A stretch of DNA of 63,275 nucleotides, counting the filler, from Octopus bimaculoides (lineage: Eukaryota): assembly GCF_001194135.2 (NCBI RefSeq). It is 8 parts of 7 records of this genome, joined end to end, with 100 filler letters (N's around TTAATTAATTAA, not from the genome) between each part and the next. Parts side by side here need not be neighbours in the genome. Positions count along the whole stretch, not along the records: positions 52,471 to 56,514 come from NC_068986.1; positions 56,615 to 58,577 come from NC_068999.1; positions 58,678 to 63,275 come from NC_069008.1; 5 more parts are not named here. One strand, given 5' to 3'. Both the position numbers and the translations under genes were made by a program. Shown here piece by piece: positions 55,010 to 63,275 of the stretch (its first letter is position 1; each line of letters begins with the position of its first letter). The notes below the pieces were generated by a model that was given only the letters and a program-made list of their open reading frames with translations, was not told the DNA's origin and searched no databases.

Positions 55010-55170
55010 GTAAAGATGAGAGTCTTCAATAAATGAAATAACTCGAATAATGTAGTGTTTGTTATTGAACAGGGTGTTGAAAACGAGGATAAATTAGTGT
55101 AATGTGCTGATGTGTACATACCTCTCACTGGATGAAGTACATTTTTTAAAATCTTAACTATAACAGAACA

Positions 55171-55206
<36 letters not shown>

Positions 55207-55333
55207 TCTCTCTCTATCTATCTATCTAATGAGTTCTAATTACGACTAAATAAATAACAGTTAATCTTTAATGTTTTAACTACAGTGAAGTGGGAAGAAA
55301 CAGACAGAAATAGACATCTGCATACAATCATGC

Positions 55334-55374
<41 letters not shown>

Positions 55375-57972
55375 AACACACACACANNNNNNNNNNNNNN
55401 NNNNNNNNNNNNNNNNNNNNNNNNNNNNNNNNNNNNNNNNNNNNNNNNNNNNNNNNNNNNNNNNNNNNNNNNNNNNNNNNNNNNNNNNNNNNNNNNNNNN
55501 NNNNNNNNNNNNNNNNNNNNNNNNNNNNNNNNNNNNNNNNNNNNNNNNNNNNNNNNNNNNNNNNNNNNNNNNNNNNNNNNNNNNNNNNNNNNNNNNNNNN
55601 NNNNNNNNNNNNNNNNNNNNNNNNNNNNNNNNNNNNNNNNNNNNNNNNNNNNNNNNNNNNNNNNNNNNNNNNNNNNNNNNNNNNNNNNNNNNNNNNNNNN
55701 NNNNNNNNNNNNNNNNNNNNNNNNNNNNNNNNNNNNNNNNNNNNNNNNNNNNNNNNNNNNNNNNNNNNNNCTAATCGATTGCCACCCCCCACCTCACTCC
55801 TCGAAAATTTCGAACCTTGTGCCTAGGATAGAAAAGAACATTAAAGGCGGCGAGCTGGCAGAAACGTTAACACGAAGGGCGAAATGCTTAGCGGTATTTC
55901 GTCAGCTGCTACGTTTTGAGTTCAAATTCTGCCGAGGTCGACTTTGCCTTTCATCCTCTTGGGGGTCGATAGATCAAGTACCAGTTGCGTACTGGGTTAG
56001 ATCTAATCGACTGCCCCCACCTTCCCCAAAATTTCGGGTCTTGTGCCTAGAGTAGAAAAGAATTTAGTGTCGAAAGAAAATGCCTTGCGATATTAGTTCC
56101 GGCTCTTTAGGCTCTGATTTCAAATCTTGCTGAGGTTTGTTTTGCTTTTCATCTTTTCATCCTTCCGAAGCATTTAAAATAAAGTATCAGTGAAGAACTG
56201 TAGTCGACGGTGTCGACAGAGCCCCCACTCCCACAAAATTTCTGATCTTGTACATAAATTAGAAACACTAAATAGGGTCTGGTTAGATTCATTGGTCCGG
56301 GTACTTCTTGCTGACGGGACACATGTCGAAACAGGGATGTCCCAGAATCTCTTTTACTAAACTCTTTTTTTAGGCTGGCACTCCGTCGGTTACGACGACG
56401 AGGGTTCTAGTTGATCCGATCAACGGAACAGCCTGCTCGTGAAATTAACGGGCAAGTGGCTGAACATTCCACAGACACGTGTGCTTTCTGCCGAACGATG
56501 CCACAACCACATTCNNNNNNNNNNNNNNNNNNNNNNNNNNNNNNNNNNNNNNNNNNNNTTAATTAATTAANNNNNNNNNNNNNNNNNNNNNNNNNNNNNN
56601 NNNNNNNNNNNNNNACGTATGTATGTATGTATAAAAATTTCAATTTATTTGTATATGAAAACATTTTTTAAAATTAAATATATTTGGATTGAACCTATCT
56701 TTAATTTTCATATGAACACTATATTTTTTTAAACGGTTTTATTTGCATGGTAGTCTCTGGAACGTACCCTCCGTGCAAACAGAGAATTGAGTGTATATAC
56801 AAATACATATATATAGATATAGATATAGATATAGATATATAAACTTTTTGCACATACATATGTATATATTTATGTACGTATATGTCTGTATGTATATCAC
56901 GTGTATATGTATGCGTATAAGCAACTTTATTTGTGTATACATGCACACACCAGTACATGCACTGGTTAACCCCCAGACACAAAACCAGTGTCATTAACAA
57001 GTACGATATATAAGACAGTATAATTGAGTGTATATAAATATGCACAGCTGCGCGTGCAAATGTGTGCTGTGTCTAAGTATGATTATACCTGTATGTATAT
57101 ATGTATACATATGTATATGTGTGTGTGTGCGCGCGCGCGTTTGTGAGTGAACGAACGCTCGGGTTATAAGTATATCGAGAAAACAAACAAATATGTGCAG
57201 TCAAGAGTTGCGTAGATGCAAAATAAATAGATGTTTATTGCTTAAGGAGACATGAAACCGATTCGCCGTTTAAACAGCTCTGCCATTTATTGCATTGAGC
57301 ACTTCCGCTGTAAAGGAACACACATACGTACGTATGTGTGTCTGTGTACATATATGTGTGTATGGAGAGAGGGGGAGAAGGGAGTGAGAGAGAGAGAGAA
57401 GGGGAGGCTTGTCAATAGATTACTCTTTTGTCAATAAAGCATCAGGACAGAATATCGTTTCCCCTCTCGCTTCTGCTCTTTCTCAGCCTCCTTCCACATG
57501 TCTTGACCATTTGCTCGGAATTGTGTATGGTTGTATAAACGTTCGTGTGGGCAAGCATCTGTCTGTCGTGCACGTGTGTGTGTGTGTGTGTATGTATGTA
57601 TGTGGGGGGGGGGGTGCATCAATTTGTCAGCATATGTAATGTCTTTGTGTTTGTGTTGGGTTTGTGTCTGTCTCTGTGTGCATTGGTTGTTTGCACATCG
57701 CTGCTTCGATACGGTGCATCGTGCAACTCTCGAACTCACAACTCGCTCAAACGCACTCATTAACAGAAAACTGATTAAGGCGTGGCACTTGTGAAATGTT
57801 TACCGTATTAATATTTCCGTTAATCATGTTAAACAACCATTTGTTGCTCTCGGCTTTCATCTCTTCACTCATCCACACTACCTATTTTCTACCATATCTA
57901 TCTACCCATCCATCTATCTATCCATCCATCCATCCATCTATCTATCTATCTATCAATCTCTCTCTCTCTCTA

Positions 57973-58026
<54 letters not shown>

Positions 58027-58054
58027 CCTACCTACCTACCTACCTACTTACCTA

Positions 58055-58122
<68 letters not shown>

Positions 58123-58409
58123 CACCACTCCACCTAGCTCTCCATCTATATTTATCTATGAATCTATTATTTACCTGTCAGTCAATCTGTCTACCTATCT
58201 ATTTATCTCTCCATTTATTTATTTATTTATCACTTTTTCTATAAATTAATCTATTTATCTATCTATCGACCTATCTATCTATCTGTCTATCTATCTATCT
58301 ATCTATTTATCTATCTATCTGTCTGTCTGTCTGTCTATCCGGTTGTTTGTCAGCCTGTCTATCTCTAACCATTTATCTTCTTAACAATTTTTCTGCCTAT
58401 CTATCAATC

Positions 58410-58577
58410 TACGCTTCATGAGATTGGAATTTCCGGGCCCAGCGCCTCGGTCACCACATGTGTGAGCCGCACAAATACCGTTATGAAACGATAGTCGAGG
58501 AATTCGGCCTGCATCCATTATCCTGCAGTCACCATAGCGCTGGCCGATTCCCCCGACGCGCCGCTCAGAATGACAGT
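58410..58577 (+). mobile_element. CRE-like (RLE-group) non-LTR retrotransposon fragment
   Basis: QRLGHHMCEPHKYRYETIVEEFGLHPLSCSHHSAGRFPRRAAQND resembles the C-terminal Cys/His region of CRE-type elements; cut by a scaffold gap. Confidence 0.65.
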
Positions 58578-58731
58578 NNNNNNNNNNNNNNNNNNNNNNN
58601 NNNNNNNNNNNNNNNNNNNNNTTAATTAATTAANNNNNNNNNNNNNNNNNNNNNNNNNNNNNNNNNNNNNNNNNNNNAGTCGTCAGCACGAATGACAGCA
58701 ACGAGATGTCCTACTATAGAAGTAAGTGAGA

Positions 58732-58732
<1 letters not shown>

Positions 58733-58795
<63 letters not shown>

Positions 58796-58799
58796 ATTT

Positions 58800-58862
<63 letters not shown>

Positions 58863-60057
58863 GAAAACTCACAGCTGCATATGACGGAAAGTGTCAGATG
58901 CCCACAGCCAACAGACTGAGGCAACACTTGTTTAATGGTCATGTTTCAAGAAACCTACAAAGAATTCTTGCAGTTCCAAGCAATACTGACTTTTGTAGGT
59001 GTCCAACCTTCACACTTGCACCAATCTTTTCCAGCCATGTTGGTAGTTGAGTGCTGACCACTTCCAAATGCACCAATTACTAATTGGTATCACGTCTATT
59101 CTCTTCATTGACCACAACCTTCGCATTTCCCACTTCAAATCGTTATTAGTTGTTTATTTTCTTCTTCTTCTTCCACATTGATCCTGTTGTCACCGGGGCA
59201 TCCTCTGTCGATAATCACGCATGTTCTTTGCTTTTTATTCACCACAACAATGTCCGGTTTCCGAAATTTGGTCAGGTGATCGCACTGGATCATTGCATCC
59301 CATAGGATTTTTCAATTCTCATTCTCAGTGACTCCTGGAATTTTTTCGTACCACATCTTTGCTTGTTGTAGGCCGTGATTTCCACAGAGTTCCCAATGGC
59401 TCGTTCTTGCCACTCTGTCATGGCGTCTTTTGTATTCGCGTTGTGCCAGTTTCGGTCATTTGCTAACGATGTGCCACACCGTTTCACCCCTCTCACCGCA
59501 CATTCTGCATTTGTCACTATCGGTCGTGTTGTCTATTCTGCACTTCATATAATTGGTCCTTAATGCTTGTTCTTGAGCTGCGCATGAGTGCTTCTGTCAC
59601 TATCTTCAGGTCACTCCTGAAGATACCAGCCCTCTGCATCTGTCTTGACATTTACATCTCTTGCAAACTGACCATACATTTTCTTTTTCTTTTTTTTATG
59701 CTCATTTCTTGTTTAAATTTTTCTTTAGTAACACAATTTTCACTTTTGATTACACCAGCCTTCCTCGTGTGTTGCAACAATGGCTCCACGCATTTTTTAC
59801 ACATCACCCTAGGTTGTTTTCCTCTTCTTCGATACAGTTCTGGCAACTGATCAAACCTCTGCCACCCTTTCTCCTGGACAAGTACAGCCTATCGATGTTA
59901 CTCTTAGGGTGAAAGGCTCCATGTACTGTTAACGTTTTTCTGGTCTTGGTATCCATTTTCTTAATTTCTCTCCCTTGCTATTTTATAATTCCCGCTCCAT
60001 ACCAGACAAATGCTATCGCCCACGTATTAACTGTCTGCCCTATGTATTAACTGCTTG
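58733..60057 (-). mobile_element. 5'-truncated, degenerate R4/Dong-clade LINE (RT C-terminus, CCHC knuckle, RLE domain, (AAT)n tail)
   Basis: VNTWAIAFVWYGAGII...HPKSNIDRLYLSRRKGGRGL; CRMCGERGETVWHIVS; KRRHDRVA; KPDIVVVNKKQRTCVIID; SVLLGTARILCRFLET*. Contains stops and frameshifts. Confidence 0.88.
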
Positions 60058-60062
60058 TATTA

Positions 60063-60128
<66 letters not shown>

Positions 60129-60164
60129 GTTTATAGAGAGGACTGTAAACTCAGCAGAAATGTA

Positions 60165-60295
60165 ATATATAGAAAGATGAGTTCTTAACTTTTGTCATTG
60201 AGTTGGCCGTAGTGATGGATTACGTCAGCTATGTTTACCTTAGTGATGGAATTTGGCAATCGTATACAAAAGTTAAGAACTCATCTTTCTATATA

Positions 60296-60296
<1 letters not shown>
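60165..60296. repeat. 31-bp perfect inverted repeat with a 70-bp spacer
   Basis: 60165-60195 is the exact reverse complement of 60266-60296. Confidence 0.9.
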
Positions 60297-60363
<67 letters not shown>

Positions 60364-60364
<1 letters not shown>

Positions 60365-60542
60365 CAGTGAATGGATTAAAACCTACGCCATATCAATGGG
60401 AGCGAATTCGTTAATCTATAATTCCATACTCAATATAGGACGTCCTTCAACATGGAATGTGGACAAATGCATTGGTAGCTATTGTCCGAATTTTTTCCGA
60501 CACCCTCTGCTTGATATGTGGAACAAACTTCCGATTGATGAG
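60364..60542 (+). CDS. Exon 3: SEWIKTYAISMGANSLIYNSILNIGRPSTWNVDKCIGSYCPNFFRHPLLDMWNKLPIDE
   Basis: CAG acceptor at 60361-60363; GAG|GTATGT donor; phase 1-0; complex, non-repetitive open frame. Confidence 0.85.
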
Positions 60543-61149
60543 GTATGTATACACATATTCTGATGCTGTATATACTCTTGAAGAATGTCACAGTAAATTT
60601 GCCTATTTTTGTATTTATTTTAATTATGATGCATAAATAGCTATTTTAATCCCAAATGCACTGTGCAGTGTCGACCCACTCTGGCATTGGTGTAGCTTTC
60701 AATGCCAAAATTTGGCACAATTCCTTCCAGGATATATATATATATATATATAAATATATATATATATCTGAGTTTGTATGACTGTGTTTGGAAGAACATA
60801 TTAATCAATGAAATTCCAATCTAGTCTGATCTTTCACGTTTTGTTATTTCCAAATTTTACAGTAATCACAATTTTACAATATTGAGATAAACTAGTACTT
60901 TCATGCATTGCGCAATCATCAGGTTAATGTAGTGACACTCATGTTCCACAACTGACATACATACACACACTCACGCACATTATATATATATATATATATC
61001 TGTTTATTTTCTCTTATTTCTTTCTGTTGAAGAGCGTAGGCACGAAACGTAAAAGACTTTTTCATTTTTCCTGAACGTCAAACTAATATACCTGCTTGTT
61101 GTTCATACACCTGTCTTCGTCTTTTGTTTTTCTATAAATTTCAACTATA

Positions 61150-61189
<40 letters not shown>

Positions 61190-61230
61190 AGTCTGTATGT
61201 ATGCATATATGAAACTTGTTGTTTCTTCAG

Positions 61231-61430
61231 GTGAAACTTGTATTGTACAAAAACCAAGCAGTTGTGGTAACGATGGTGTTTGATGGACGAAATACAAACC
61301 TTGAAAATTGGTTCTCAGTCGAAAATCTGAGAAGTTCCCCATGGAATGATCTAAGTTCCCTATCTTATGGCCAAAGTACCCCATGGAATGATAAAACGAG
61401 TGGCAGAATATTTTCAATGAAAGGATTCAT
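61231..61430 (+). CDS. Exon 4: VKLVLYKNQAVVVTMVFDGRNTNLENWFSVENLRSSPWNDLSSLSYGQSTPWNDKTSGRIFSMKGF(I)
   Basis: Acceptor (gtttcttcag); AT|GTACGT donor; phase 0-2, matching exon 3 (phase 0) and exon 5 (phase 2). Confidence 0.88.
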
Positions 61431-61650
61431 GTACGTTCTCATTATCACTTTGTATTGCATAATTATCCGCAAATGAATAAAAGAACATTTATCTTACATA
61501 TATTTATTTTATTCTAACTGCAAAACAACACCACGGAGGAATCGACGTAAGCTTAAATAATAAACTGTAATAGGTGAACCGCAATACGGCAAGGGATTCC
61601 TGTATGCCTTTTTACAACATTCCTGAGATACTCTTTCTGTCAGATATTAG

Positions 61651-62020
61651 TACAGGGTGAAATGGCTACTGCTCAGCCCCAGGGAGGGACATATGTCCGA
61701 CAGATACCATTCCGTCCGTGGTATCTTAGCCATGGCGCTGTGGACGATAGAGCGTGTGTTTGCCCACGACAGTTACGAGAAGAATAACAAGTCCGTCACA
61801 TTAGTTCAGCATGTGTTTTGGCGCCACTTTCTCATTCACCGAAATCAGGCTGTTCCCACCCATAACACAATCTTACGTTGGGTGAATGCACTTCGTACAC
61901 GAGGTACACAAATGAATAGGGGACTGGTTGGGATACCACGAACGGTACAGACCCCTGAAAACGTGGAATGCGTCAAATAAGCTTTAATACGGAGTCTGAA
62001 TCGCTCTTTCAAAAAAAGGT
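61651..62020 (+). mobile_element. Tc1/mariner-superfamily element 5' remnant inside intron 4 of the plus-strand gene
   Basis: Starts TACAGGGTG (TIR-like). From 61732: MALWTIERVFAHDSYEKNNKSVTLVQHVFWRHF...VPTHNTILRWVNALRTRGT...PRTVQTPENVE, an HTH N-terminus. Confidence 0.75.
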
Positions 62021-62759
62021 GGGTGAATGTAGCAAAGTTGGTGCGTGCGAGCGACGAAACCACTTTGAGCATGATCCTGTAAATCGAAAAGAGAGAGANN
62101 NNNNNNNNNNNNNNNNNNNNNNNNNNNNNNNNNNNNNNNNNNNNNNNNNNNNNNNNNNNNNNNNNNNNNNNNNNNNNNNNNNNNNNNNNNNNNNNNNNNN
62201 NNNNNNNNNNNNNNNNNNNNNNNNNNNNNNNNNNNNNNNNNNNNNNNNNNNNNNNNNNNNNNNNNNNNNNNNNNNNNNNNNNNNNNNNNNNNNNNNNNNN
62301 NNNNNNNNNNNNNNNNNNNNNNNNNNNNNNNNNNNNNNNNNNNNNNNNNNNNNNNNNNNNNNNNNNNNNNNNNNNNNNNNNNNNNNNNNNNNNNNNNNNN
62401 NNNNNNNNNNNNNNNNNNNNNNNNNNNNNNNNNNNNNNNNNNNNNNNNNNNNNNNNNNNNNNNNNNNNNNNNNNNNNNNNNNNNNNNNNNNNNNNNNNNN
62501 NNNNNNNNNNNNNNNNNNNNNNNNNNNNNNNNNNNNNNNNNNNNNNNNNNNNNNNNNNNNNNNNNNNNNNNNNNNNNNNNNNNNNNNNNNNNNNNNNNNN
62601 NNNNNNNNNNNNNNNNNNNNNNNNNNNNNNNNNNNNNNNNNNNNNNNNNNNNNNNNNNNNNNNNNNNNNNNNNNNNNNNNNNNNNNNNNNNNNNNNNNNN
62701 NNNNNNNNNNNNNNNNNNNNNNNNNNNNNNNNNNNNNNNNNNNNNNNNNNNNNNNNNNN

Positions 62760-62832
<73 letters not shown>

Positions 62833-63032
62833 ATGAAAATATACTTCAAGACTTGTGTTTGTCTCCAATTTCCAGACGTGAAACAGTTGAACGATAGATT
62901 TTCTCAGGAAAACGTGGCAAGTTTATTTAACTTTCCTGTTCTTTCTCGACTGCTTTGTAATTTCTGCAATGTCGAACAATAAACAGCAACAACACCTGAA
63001 AGTAGACCACCTTTTCTTTTACTCCCCCCCAG

Positions 63033-63196
63033 AGACTTACGCCGTTTCTATACGTCATCCAGTCATGGTGGGTGCAACGTTGACAAAGGCTGGTTGACTG
63101 TCAACGAAGTGTTTGATGAATGCGAATGGGAGAAATCGGACCATTTTCCTAGAATCCTCTATTCTGAAATAAAGGAAGCGACCGTATGGCATGATG
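63033..63196 (+). CDS. Exon 5: DLRRFYTSSSHGGCNVDKGWLTVNEVFDECEWEKSDHFPRILYSEIKEATVWHD(G); the gene continues past the window
   Basis: Long polypyrimidine tract plus CAG acceptor; G|GTGAGT donor; phase 2-1; open frame with the RRF..GGC..D.GW..C.WE..P.ILYS..W pattern. Confidence 0.88.
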
Positions 63197-63275
63197 GTGA
63201 GTATTTCATTGTCTTTCTGTCAGAGCATCGTCGTCATCATCATCACCACCATCATCACCACCACCACCACCACCA

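Noticed and set aside
60231-60363. Poly-Tyr N-terminal extension of ORF 60231-60563
   Set aside because: Intronic (TAT)n upstream of the exon 3 acceptor.

Overview
AT-rich, microsatellite-dense, gapped eukaryotic draft sequence. The SINE/LINE complement looks like a coleoid cephalopod (Octopus-like); this is an inference from repeat recognition, not a database result. Almost all long ORFs in the supplied track are microsatellite or N-gap artefacts. Manual exon reading supports two spliced genes. (1) A minus-strand MARVEL-domain (plasmolipin/CMTM-like) gene with exons at 28914-28789 and 28526-28356; its 3' exons were not found. (2) A plus-strand gene for a probably secreted protein, with phase-compatible exons at 51026-51080, 54869-55009, 60364-60542, 61231-61430 and 63033-63196, continuing beyond the window. 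It joins a four-Cys chitin-binding type-2 (CBM14)-like module to an uncharacterised ~190-aa W/C-patterned domain, and read-through of exon 2 could give a 72-aa short form. The rest is transposon debris: RTE, L1/Tx1, CRE-like and R4/Dong-like LINE fragments (two sitting in (TAA)n tracts), Tc1/mariner fragments, pogo- and hAT-type MITEs, at least four SINE-type families and several short perfect hairpins. Seven artificial N44-TTAATTAATTAA-N44 linkers mark scaffold joins, three of them inside gene 2.
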